NCBI GenBank assembly: GCA_038240075.1
Contig: JBBSEC010000005.1
Span: 4,111 to 68,110 of the forward strand
DNA: 64,000 nucleotides
Origin: Acidimicrobiia bacterium
GTDB lineage: Bacteria; Actinomycetota; Acidimicrobiia; IMCC26256; PALSA-610
Direction of reading: 5' to 3'
Positions within the stretch are counted from its first letter, which is position 1. Every line of letters begins with the position of its first letter. Of this stretch, positions 10,225 through 17,692 are shown piece after piece. Under the pieces are notes generated by a model, which was given only the letters and a program-made list of their open reading frames with translations, was not told the origin of the DNA and ran no database searches. Position numbers and translations under genes: made by a program.

Positions 10225-10239
10225 CCCGAGCGCGCGGAC

Positions 10240-10288
10240 GTACTGATCGATCTCGGTGACGTTCCGCGTCACCCAACTCGATCAGTAC
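10240..10288. repeat. Nested palindromic element, copy 2 (convergent permease/VOC intergenic region; likely also a bidirectional terminator hairpin)
   Basis: GTACTGATCGAtcTCGGTGACGTTccgCGTCACCcaacTCGATCAGTAC. The outer arms are a perfect 11 bp and the inner arms GGTGACG/CGTCACC. It shares CTGATCG-n3-TCGGTGACGTT and TCACC-n4-TCGATCAG-n-ACGC with copy 1. Confidence 0.7.
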
Positions 10289-10313
10289 GCAGGAGCCGGC
10301 GCGAAAGCCCTGG

Positions 10314-10721
10314 TCAGTGGACGGCGTTGGCGTGCGTGGGGTCGGCGTACGCGGTCTCGAGCGCGCCGGGTCGCTCCGCGCGCAGGAGTCCGATCTCGTT
10401 GCCGCTCGGGTCACGAAACACGTGCACAGGCCCGTCGGGAGTGCCGACCGTCTCGCCGTTGAGTTCGAACCCTGATCCTGCGAGCCGTGCGGTCTCCACA
10501 TCGAGATCGTCGACGGTCCAGATCGGCAGGCAGCTCGGCGCGGGCCGGTGCTCGGCCAGCAGCACCAGCGGACCCGCACCGACGCGCACCGCGGCGACCT
10601 CGGTGTCGAAGGCCTTGAACCGCCACACGAGGTTCGCGTCGAGTGCGCGCTCGTAGAACTCGACATCGCGAGCGACGTCGTCGGTTCCGACGTAGAGGTA
10701 CGCAAGCACCCGGTCGTGCAT
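10314..10721 (-). CDS. VOC (glyoxalase/bleomycin-resistance/dioxygenase) family protein
   Basis: MHDRVLAYLYVGTDDVARDVEFYERAL...VFRDPSGNEIGLL is a typical VOC beta-alpha-beta-beta-beta module. I prefer ATG 10721; the ORF-track TTG at 10730 is the alternative. Confidence 0.8.
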   Translation of the reverse strand: MHDRVLAYLYVGTDDVARDVEFYERALDANLVWRFKAFDTEVAAVRVGAGPLVLLAEHRPAPSCLPIWTVDDLDVETARLAGSGFELNGETVGTPDGPVHVFRDPSGNEIGLLRAERPGALETAYADPTHANAVH

Positions 10722-10753
10722 CGCGTTCAAGGTAGCGGTCGTATGCTGCGGGA

Positions 10754-11179
10754 GTGCCGAAGGACCGCGCGTTCCTCACGATGTACCGCGAGCGGATCGC
10801 GACGGTGCCGCTCTTCTCGGGGCTCTCCGATCGCGAGGTGCGCAGCCTCGCCCAACGCGCCGAACAGGTCTCGCTGCCCGAAGGCATGACCGTTGTCCAG
10901 GAAGGCACGAGCGGCAACGAGTTCTTCGTGCTCCTGAAGGGCGGCGCGAAGGTCACGAAGCGCGGACGCTCCGTCGGCAAGCTCGGACCGGGCGACTCGT
11001 TCGGCGAACTCGCGCTGATCGCGGGCACGCCCCGCGCCGCCACCATCACGATCACCGAGCCGAGCGAGCTGATGGTGCTCGCGCGCCGCGACTTCATCGC
11101 CCTGCTCGACGACTTCCCCCAGATGACCCGGAAGCTGCTGACCGGGCTCGCCGCGTGGATCGCCGAGCGCGAGGGCTAG
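10754..11179 (+). CDS. Stand-alone cyclic-nucleotide-binding (CAP effector) domain protein
   Basis: 141 aa with GTG start. PLFSGLSDREVRSL...GDSFGELALIAGTPRAATITI is the classic cNMP-binding cassette (FGELAL...R[TA]A[TS]). No output domain is present. Confidence 0.85.
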   Translation: MPKDRAFLTMYRERIATVPLFSGLSDREVRSLAQRAEQVSLPEGMTVVQEGTSGNEFFVLLKGGAKVTKRGRSVGKLGPGDSFGELALIAGTPRAATITITEPSELMVLARRDFIALLDDFPQMTRKLLTGLAAWIAEREG

Positions 11180-11254
11180 ACGTCGCAGGGGTAGACGTCG
11201 CGCGCTCCGTACCGACCCCCACACGGAGCGCACTATTCTCGTCGGAGCACACGA

Positions 11255-12205
11255 GTGGGGAGCCGCCCGATGGACGACGTCGAACCGACCGCAGCACCCG
11301 AGATCCCCGTGGCGGTCGCCGAGCTCGAGCTCACACCGCCGGCGCCCCCGCACCGACGCCGCCCCCTCGTCGCGGTGACCGCGTTCGTTGCGCTCGCCGC
11401 GCTGATCTCGGGCGTCACGATCGCGGTGTCGTCGACGACGCCGAAGCAGAGCGTCGCCGCGATGCTGAAGGCGGCACCGGCGAACACGCGCGACGCGGGC
11501 AGCGCCTCCATGACCATGCACATCACGATGACCCTCGACGGCCGGACCCAGCTCGTCAGTGCCATCACGGGCGCCACCGACTTCAAGACCGGGAACGAGA
11601 CGCTGACGCTGTCGGGCCCGGGCGTCGACGGAGAGATCCGTATCGTCAACCACGTCGAGTACGTGTCGAACCCGATGTTCGAGCTCCCCAACGGCGCGCA
11701 CTGGCTGCGGATCACCAAGGCCGACCTCGGTATGACCGCCGCCGCCGGGGTCGGTTCGAACGACCCGAGCTCCGGCCTCGACTTCCTCAGCGGGCGCGCC
11801 GGCAACCCGACGGCCGTCGGCACCGCGACGATCGACGGCGAGAAGACCACTCATTACAAGCTCACGATCGACTTCACCACGATCACGTCGTTGCTCGGCA
11901 AGTCGAGCAGCAAGCTCGGAGTGCCCGAGATGCAGCAGGGCCTCGACGCGCTGAAGGGCATGCTCGACCTTCACCACATCCCCGCCGAGGCGTGGCTCGA
12001 CTCGGCGCACCGAGTGCGGCGCTTCGACTACACGCTGGCCCTCAGCGCCGACGGCACGAACCTGGTCGAGCGCGCGTCATCCGAGTTCTCCAACTTCGGC
12101 GAGGCGGTCCACGTTTCCGCGCCGAGCGCCGACGACGTCGTGCCGTTCGCCGACGCTCCCGATGCCTTCCAGAATCTGATGGGTATCCGCTCGACCCCGG
12201 CCTGA
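11255..12205 (+). CDS. Membrane-anchored extracytoplasmic protein (LolA/LppX-like fold suspected)
   Basis: 316 aa with an N-terminal TM anchor LVAVTAFVALAALISGVTIAV. The beta-rich ectodomain is SMTMHITMTLDGRTQL...VDGEIRIVNHVEYV. The fold assignment is a guess. Confidence 0.7.
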   Translation: MGSRPMDDVEPTAAPEIPVAVAELELTPPAPPHRRRPLVAVTAFVALAALISGVTIAVSSTTPKQSVAAMLKAAPANTRDAGSASMTMHITMTLDGRTQLVSAITGATDFKTGNETLTLSGPGVDGEIRIVNHVEYVSNPMFELPNGAHWLRITKADLGMTAAAGVGSNDPSSGLDFLSGRAGNPTAVGTATIDGEKTTHYKLTIDFTTITSLLGKSSSKLGVPEMQQGLDALKGMLDLHHIPAEAWLDSAHRVRRFDYTLALSADGTNLVERASSEFSNFGEAVHVSAPSADDVVPFADAPDAFQNLMGIRSTPA

Positions 12206-12247
12206 GCCTGCCGCCCGGGAACTGGGCGGTCGGCACCGACCGTCTCA

Positions 12248-13114
12248 GTGTCCATGCTGACGAAGCGCATCGGATTCATGGTCGTCGCGGCCGCCATCGT
12301 GCTGGGCGCGTGCTCGCAGGGTGGCGACAAGAAGTCGGGTTCCGCCCTCAGCGGGAAGGCGAGCGGGAGCGCGACCGGCACCACGGGTGTGCTCGCGATC
12401 GCGAAGGTGCCGAAGGGGCAACCGCTCGACGCCTCACGGCAGATCGTCTCCACGGCGCACCTGCAGGTGCGGGTCGGCGACGTGGTGGCGGCGTCGTCGC
12501 GCGCGCAGGCGATCGTCGACGGCGCCGGCGGGTACCTCTTCTCGCAGGACGCGAACCTGCAGGGCCACACCGACGAGACCCTGGTGTTCAAGGTCCCGCC
12601 CGCGCAGTTCTCGGGTGTCCTCGATCGCCTCGGCTCGCTCGGCACGCCGCTCGAGAAGCAGATCGGCACCGACGACGTCACCAATCAGGTCGTCGATCTC
12701 GAGGGCCGGCTCCACACTGCGACCGCGAGCGCCGCGCGTCTGCGCGCGCTGTTCACGAGCGCCACGAACGTGCCCGACATCGTGTCGATCGAGAACGATC
12801 TCGCGACGCGCGAGGCGGAGGTCGAGTCCCTCCAGGGTCAGCTGCGGTTGGTGAAGAGCCAGGTGCAGCTCGCGACCGTCACCCTCGCGCTGACGACGAA
12901 GGCACCGCACCACAAGACCACGACACCCACGTTTACCAGCGCACTGTCGGGCGGCTGGGCGGCGTTCGCCAATACCGCGAAGGTCACCGCGGCGGTCGTC
13001 GGCGCCACGCTGCCGTTCCTCACGTTCGCCGCCGCCGTCGCCGCAGTGGTCGTGGCCGTACGGCGTCGGCGCCGCCGACCGGCTCGCCTTGACGCTCAGA
13101 GTTCCGTGGTGTGA
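12248..13114 (+). CDS. DUF4349-type lipoprotein with C-terminal TM anchor
   Basis: Lipobox VLGAC. The coiled segment DLEGRLHTATASAARLRALF...ENDLATREAEVESLQGQLRLVKSQVQLATVTLAL and a C-terminal hydrophobic helix match my memory of DUF4349. Confidence 0.75.
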   Translation: MSMLTKRIGFMVVAAAIVLGACSQGGDKKSGSALSGKASGSATGTTGVLAIAKVPKGQPLDASRQIVSTAHLQVRVGDVVAASSRAQAIVDGAGGYLFSQDANLQGHTDETLVFKVPPAQFSGVLDRLGSLGTPLEKQIGTDDVTNQVVDLEGRLHTATASAARLRALFTSATNVPDIVSIENDLATREAEVESLQGQLRLVKSQVQLATVTLALTTKAPHHKTTTPTFTSALSGGWAAFANTAKVTAAVVGATLPFLTFAAAVAAVVVAVRRRRRRPARLDAQSSVV

Positions 13115-13123
13115 CCTACCGCG

Positions 13124-13672
13124 GTGATCGACGCGGCCGTCGTGCAGGGCTTCTGCGCGGGTGAGCCCGAGGCGGTTCGGGCCGTCTACCGCGATTACGG
13201 GCCGACCGTCTTCGCCGTCGCGCACCGGATGCTGGGCAACCGGCAGCTCGCGGAGGATGCCACCCAGCAGACGTTCGTGCAGGCCTGGAAGGCCGCGTCG
13301 CGCTTCGACGCGGGGCGTGAGCTCGGGCCGTGGCTCACGACCATCGCGCGGCGCGTCGCGATCGACATCTACCGCCGAGAGTCGCGTCGGACGACCGCGC
13401 CCCTCGAAGCCGTCGCGCCGGACGACCCTGCCATCGTGACCCTCCCTCCCGGCGTCGACCAGGTGTCCGATGCCTGGGAGGTGCGCCGCGCCATCGACGA
13501 GCTTCCTCCCGACGAGCGCGAGGTCGTGCGGCTCCAGCATCTCGAGGGCCACACCCACGTGGAGATCGCGGAACGGCTCGGGTTACCCCTCGGAACCGTG
13601 AAATCACGCTCGCATCGGGCCCATGCACGGCTCGCGACGCGCCTCGCCCACCTGAGAGGCGACGCCGGATGA
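13124..13672 (+). CDS. ECF-type RNA polymerase sigma factor
   Basis: 182 aa. Region 2 is AEDATQQTFVQAWKAASRFD...WLTTIARRVAIDIYRR and region 4 is ERLGLPLGTVKSRSHRAHARL. Confidence 0.9.
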   Translation: MIDAAVVQGFCAGEPEAVRAVYRDYGPTVFAVAHRMLGNRQLAEDATQQTFVQAWKAASRFDAGRELGPWLTTIARRVAIDIYRRESRRTTAPLEAVAPDDPAIVTLPPGVDQVSDAWEVRRAIDELPPDEREVVRLQHLEGHTHVEIAERLGLPLGTVKSRSHRAHARLATRLAHLRGDAG

Positions 13673-13715
13673 AACCGCGGAGCCTCCGTATGCGTAACGA
13701 TGGTCAGGACCCACG

Positions 13716-14363
13716 ATGACCACCGACGACGACCGCATCGCCTACCTCGAGGGCGAGGACCGCGAGGACCTCGACCCTGACGATCAGCGCGCGCTCGACG
13801 CCACCCGGGCCCTGCTCGCCGATCCGAGCCTCTGGGAAGAGCCCCCCGCAGGCCTGGAAGCCGATGTCGTTGCCGCGATCACCGCCCAGGTGGGCTCGGC
13901 AACCATCCAGGCGAACCAGGAGCGCCGGGTGCTCGACCGCCGCCGCGTCCTCGCGGTCGCGGCGGCCGTGCTCCTCGTGCTCGCGGTGGGAACGGCCGCG
14001 CTGCGCCCGTGGCAGAACCGGGGTTCGTCGGCCCAGCACTTCGCGATGGCGCTGAACGGCACCCCGCTCGCGGCCCATGCGACGGGCACCGCGTCGCTCA
14101 CCAGGACCGACTCCGGGTGGCACGTCGCGCTGCACGCGACGGGGCTCACGCGCCTCGACCACGGTCGCTACTACCAGGCGTGGCTGAAGAACGCGGCCGG
14201 GACGCTGGTCCCGATCGGCACCTTCAACAACGGCCCCAACGTGACGTTGTGGGCGGGTGTGTCGCCCGTCGACTTCCCGACGCTGACCGTCACGATCGAA
14301 GCCGCCGACGGCAATCAGGCGTCGTCGGGACGCCGGGTACTGCTCGGCACGATCACCCGCTGA
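13716..14363 (+). CDS. Anti-sigma factor, RskA-like (single TM, extracytoplasmic RskA domain)
   Basis: 215 aa with a central TM helix VLAVAAAVLLVLAVGTAAL. The C-terminal YYQAWLKNAAGTLVPIGTF...TLTVTIEAADG is typical of the anti-sigma-K (RskA) C-terminal domain. It lies directly downstream of the sigma gene. Confidence 0.8.
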   Translation: MTTDDDRIAYLEGEDREDLDPDDQRALDATRALLADPSLWEEPPAGLEADVVAAITAQVGSATIQANQERRVLDRRRVLAVAAAVLLVLAVGTAALRPWQNRGSSAQHFAMALNGTPLAAHATGTASLTRTDSGWHVALHATGLTRLDHGRYYQAWLKNAAGTLVPIGTFNNGPNVTLWAGVSPVDFPTLTVTIEAADGNQASSGRRVLLGTITR

Positions 14364-14474
14364 ACGCACCCCGCGGAAGAAACCGCGAACCGCGGCGGGT
14401 CCCACCGGCGTATTTGGACTCGGTCGGACATCGACCGAGAAACCAGCCTCGACACACGTGGAAAAGGACCCATC

Positions 14475-15116
14475 ATGCGCAAGCTCGTTCTCCGGTCGGC
14501 GCTCGCACTCGCGATCGCAGCGACTGCCGGCCTCGGCGCCAACGCCGCCCTGGCTTCACCGGCCAAGGTGCCCTCGACAACCTTCAGTCTCTTCCCCAAC
14601 GCGGTCAACATCCCCTGCCTGGCGAAGACCCCGGGCAAGACCCCGACCGCGAAGGCGACGGTCACACGCGGGAGCCTCAACGACACGCTCACGTTGAAGC
14701 TCGCAGGCTTCAAGCCCGGCCTCGCCTTCGACATGTTCACGGTGCAGAACACCAACCAGTCGGCCACCGGCACGCCCGTGACGATTCCGAACTTCGGGAT
14801 GGCGTGGTACCAGTCGGACATCGAGATCGGCAGCAAGGGCACGGGCTCGGTCACGATCAAGACGATCCTGCTCGACCAGATCTTCGGCTTCGACCCGGCC
14901 GTCGGGCTCGCACCGACGAACACCTTCCATGTCGGCTTCTGGTTCAACAACCCCACGAACGCGGCTGGATGCGGATTCACCGGAACGACGCCGTTCAACG
15001 GCGAGCACACCGCCGGGCCGCTGGCCTTCATCACCCGGCCCAACGCGGCCACGAACCTCGGTCCGCTGTGCACCGACCCGCACAAGGTCGGCACCACGTT
15101 CGTCTGCAACCCCTGA
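14475..15116 (+). CDS. Secreted protein of unknown function (4 Cys)
   Basis: 213 aa with signal peptide MRKLVLRSALALAIAATAGLGANAALA. The body is beta-rich with four Cys. It is the last gene of the sigma/anti-sigma string and is followed by a strong terminator. Confidence 0.75.
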   Translation: MRKLVLRSALALAIAATAGLGANAALASPAKVPSTTFSLFPNAVNIPCLAKTPGKTPTAKATVTRGSLNDTLTLKLAGFKPGLAFDMFTVQNTNQSATGTPVTIPNFGMAWYQSDIEIGSKGTGSVTIKTILLDQIFGFDPAVGLAPTNTFHVGFWFNNPTNAAGCGFTGTTPFNGEHTAGPLAFITRPNAATNLGPLCTDPHKVGTTFVCNP

Positions 15117-15151
15117 TCGAACGCACTGATCGAAACCATTGATCAAGCACA
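15113..15151 (+). repeat. Three tandem degenerate 13-mers (CTGATCGAAcgca / CTGATCGAAacca / TTGATCAAGcaca)
   Basis: Direct repeats start at 15113, 15126 and 15139, a period of 13 bp. The first copy contains the stop codon of the upstream gene. Confidence 0.6.
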
Positions 15152-15152
15152 G

Positions 15153-15190
15153 GGCGGGAGAGGGCAATGTCGCCCTCTCCCGCCTTGTTG
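15153..15190 (+). terminator. Rho-independent terminator
   Basis: Perfect 13-bp stem GGCGGGAGAGGGC (15153-15165) / GCCCTCTCCCGCC (15172-15184), 6-nt loop, followed by TTGTTG. Confidence 0.8.
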
Positions 15191-15235
15191 CGCGTACGGT
15201 CACCTTCTGGGCTCGTGCGGTGTCTCTAGGGCTGT

Positions 15236-15736
15236 GTGGGAACGACGATGACCACGGACAGCCAGATCGGGACGGCGGTCGAGACGACGCTCACCAACCT
15301 CTACCCGCGATTGCTGCGGTTCGCCGCCGTCGTCGGGAACGTCGACGAGGAGCCGTGCGATCTCGTGCAGGAGGCCGTGCTCAAGACGCTGCGCGCGCAT
15401 CCCACGCTCGACGTCGACGATGCGGGTGCGTACCTGCGCCAGGCGATCCTCAGCGTCGCGAAGAACCGGTCACGCTCACTGGCGCGGCGGCGGATGGCAC
15501 TGCCGCGGATGGTCACGGCCGCCAGCGCCACCGATTCATTCCCGTCGGATCTCGACGACCTCATGCGGCTCGCGCCCGAAGCGCGCGCCGTGCTCTACCT
15601 CACCGTCGTCGAGCAGCACACCCACGCCGAAGCCGCCGCGATCCTGGGATGCAGCGAGCGCGCGGCGCGGAAGCGTTCGTCGCGCGGCCTTCACCGCCTG
15701 CGCGCGCAACTGACCGAGGAGGCCGGCAATGAGTGA
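15236..15736 (+). CDS. ECF-type sigma-70 family factor (second copy)
   Basis: 166 aa. Region 2-like is DLVQEAVLKTLRAHP...YLRQAILSVAKNRSRS and region 4 is AAILGCSERAARKRSSRGLHRLRAQL. ATG 15248 is an alternative start. Confidence 0.8.
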   Translation: MGTTMTTDSQIGTAVETTLTNLYPRLLRFAAVVGNVDEEPCDLVQEAVLKTLRAHPTLDVDDAGAYLRQAILSVAKNRSRSLARRRMALPRMVTAASATDSFPSDLDDLMRLAPEARAVLYLTVVEQHTHAEAAAILGCSERAARKRSSRGLHRLRAQLTEEAGNE

Positions 15737-16976
15737 ACCAGTCGAGCTCCGCGAGCGCCTCGAGCGGCTGGCGAACCGCGGCGAGGATCGCGGACCGGAG
15801 TGGCTCATCGCGTCGGTGAACCGGGCCCTGACGGAACCAGCTCCGTCGCTCGAGCCCGCGCGTCGACCGCTTCGTCGCCCACTGATCACGGTCGCGTTCG
15901 CATTCGCCGCCGTGGTCGCGGTGGTCGCGGCGGTGGTCGCGTTCGGTCCTGGAGGCCACTTTTCGCCGTCGCCCGCGACGACCGCGACGTCGAGCACCAC
16001 GCCGGTGAGCGCGCTCGACGGCCAGCCCGCGTTCTTCTCCTCCAACGACGGGTGGCTGTGTCAATCGCCCCTCGAGCGCACCACCGACGGCGGTCTCACC
16101 TGGCAGCGCATCGGCGTCGGCACGCCGGGCCTCACGGAGAACGGGGAGGCCTGCGCGTTCGCGCCGGGCGGGCACGCGTGGGTCGCGATGTCCCCGCAAC
16201 CACCCGACCTCGAGCTGCGTGTCGTCCGGGTCGTCGCCGGTCTTCACCGAGCCTTCGCGGCGGCACCGCTGCCCGGCGCGGGCGCGGGCGCGGCCGTGGT
16301 GTCGCTCTCCTTCGCCGACGCCCTCCACGGCTGGGCGCTCACGTCGGTTTCCAGCGGGCTCGCGCCGTCCTCGACGGTGTACGCAACGACCGACGGCGGC
16401 GGGCACTGGCAACGGATCGCGACGAAGGTTCCGGTCGAGGGCCACCTGCGCTTCACCTCGCCGACTGACGGCTGGGGGCTTTCCCTGACCCAGCTCGAGC
16501 ACACGACCGACGGCGGTCGGACCTGGCGAACGGTGCCGATCGCGGCGACGCCGGTCCTTCCCGAGAACGTGACCCGACAACTGTGGTCGGTGTCGGTGTT
16601 CGGCAACCGCATGGTGGTTGCCGGTCTCGACCCGAACCGCACCGGCGTCGAAGACTTCTTCGTCGAGGTCAGCAACGACGGCGGGGCGCACTGGTCGCTC
16701 CAGCTCGTGGCGGCGAACGATGTCGCGCCACCGTTCGCGAAGCCGTGGCAGTTCGTCGCCGTCGACGCCGACCACTGGCGCTACATCGACGGCCGGTCGT
16801 TCGCGAGCACCGACGACGCCGGCAAGACGTGGCGCGTACAGCCGAACGGTGGCGGTGAGCCGTCGATCAGCTTCGTCTCGCCCGACGACGCCTGGGTCGT
16901 GCGGTGCACGAACAGCGTCTGCTCCTCCGCGGTCACCCACGACGACGGGAAGACCTGGACGGTCACAGTGCCCTAA
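15729..16976 (+). CDS. Membrane-anchored BNR/Asp-box beta-propeller protein (Ycf48/sialidase-like); candidate cognate anti-sigma/sensor
   Basis: 415 aa. ATG 15729 overlaps the sigma stop by 8 nt. It has a ~55-aa cytoplasmic N-terminus, a TM helix ITVAFAFAAVVAVVAAVVAF, and six Asp-boxes: TTDGGLTW, TTDGGGHW, TTDGGRTW, SNDGGAHW, STDDAGKTW, THDDGKTW. Confidence 0.85.
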   Translation: MSEPVELRERLERLANRGEDRGPEWLIASVNRALTEPAPSLEPARRPLRRPLITVAFAFAAVVAVVAAVVAFGPGGHFSPSPATTATSSTTPVSALDGQPAFFSSNDGWLCQSPLERTTDGGLTWQRIGVGTPGLTENGEACAFAPGGHAWVAMSPQPPDLELRVVRVVAGLHRAFAAAPLPGAGAGAAVVSLSFADALHGWALTSVSSGLAPSSTVYATTDGGGHWQRIATKVPVEGHLRFTSPTDGWGLSLTQLEHTTDGGRTWRTVPIAATPVLPENVTRQLWSVSVFGNRMVVAGLDPNRTGVEDFFVEVSNDGGAHWSLQLVAANDVAPPFAKPWQFVAVDADHWRYIDGRSFASTDDAGKTWRVQPNGGGEPSISFVSPDDAWVVRCTNSVCSSAVTHDDGKTWTVTVP

Positions 16977-16983
16977 ACCCCTG

Positions 16984-17032
16984 GTTCTGATGGTGCGGCG
17001 CGCCCGATTCGGGCGCGTGTGACCATCAGAAC
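16984..17032 (+). terminator. GC-rich nested hairpin after the BNR gene (possible terminator; outer arms resemble the 8.8/10.2-kb elements)
   Basis: Outer arms GTTCTGATGGT / ACCATCAGAAC are a perfect 11 bp. The inner hairpin is CGCGCCCgattcGGGCGCG. There is no U-tract. Confidence 0.45.
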
Positions 17033-17050
17033 GGGGGGCCGGCCGGTACG

Positions 17051-17692
17051 GTGCGCGGCATGGCGGGATCACTGGGACGCGGCGGGGCTGCGCTCGTGGG
17101 GTATCTGCTCGGCTCGATCCCGTCGGCCGACATCGCCAGCAGGATCGCGACGCGCGGCGAGTTCGATCTCCGCAGCGTCGGGAGCGGCAATCCGGGCGCG
17201 ACGAACGCGGCCGCGCAACTCGGCAAGTCCTGGGGCGCGCTCGTGCTCGCGGCCGACCTCGCGAAGGGCACGGCCGCGGGCTTCGCGGGCCGCGCTGTCG
17301 GCGGCGACGCCGGCGGGTACATCGCGGCCACCGCCGCGGTCGCGGGCCATATCGCGCCGCCGTGGAGCGGCTTCAGGGGTGGCAAGGGTGTCGCGACCTC
17401 GGCGGGCGCGTGCCTCGCGGTGTTCCCCGCGTACTTTCCGATGAACGCCGCGGTCACCGCCCTCGGCGCGAGCCAGGCGCGCAACGCCGAGCGCGCCGTG
17501 CAGCTCGCCGCGGTCGCGTGGGTCGGCGCGGGGTTCGCATGGTGGCGCTACCAACTGCCCAACGGGTGGGGGCCACCACCGACGCGCGGGTTGCCGGCGT
17601 TCTCGGTCGCCAGCTGCGCGCTGATCCTCGGCGCGTTCGCGCGCGCCCGGCGCGCCGGGGTCGCGAACGGCGGCGCGAGCGACGGCTCGTGA
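17051..17692 (+). CDS. plsY: Glycerol-3-phosphate acyltransferase PlsY
   Basis: GSGNPGATNA, AGHIAPPW and FRGGKGVATSAG motifs in a multi-TM protein. ATG 17060 is an alternative start. Confidence 0.88.
   Translation: MRGMAGSLGRGGAALVGYLLGSIPSADIASRIATRGEFDLRSVGSGNPGATNAAAQLGKSWGALVLAADLAKGTAAGFAGRAVGGDAGGYIAATAAVAGHIAPPWSGFRGGKGVATSAGACLAVFPAYFPMNAAVTALGASQARNAERAVQLAAVAWVGAGFAWWRYQLPNGWGPPPTRGLPAFSVASCALILGAFARARRAGVANGGASDGS

Noticed and set aside
10253-10273. GGTGACGTTCCGCGTCACC considered as a CRP/FNR-type site, tempting given the nearby cNMP-binding protein.
   Set aside because: The spacing between GTGA and TCAC is 9 nt, not the 6 nt of TGTGA-N6-TCACA. The adjacent cNMP-binding protein also has no DNA-binding domain.
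11155-13092. A 645-aa plus-strand ORF spanning three annotated genes.
   Set aside because: The composition is extremely Arg/Pro/Gly-rich. It is out of frame with the LolA-like, DUF4349 and sigma genes, which have clear signal peptides and motifs. It is an artefact of stop-codon depletion in GC-rich DNA. The same reasoning rejects the many other long overlapping ORFs, e.g. 3507-4793(-), 10727-12010(-), 15600-17072(-), 27593-29104(+), 29201-30745(+), 37039-38754(-) and 57515-58954(-).
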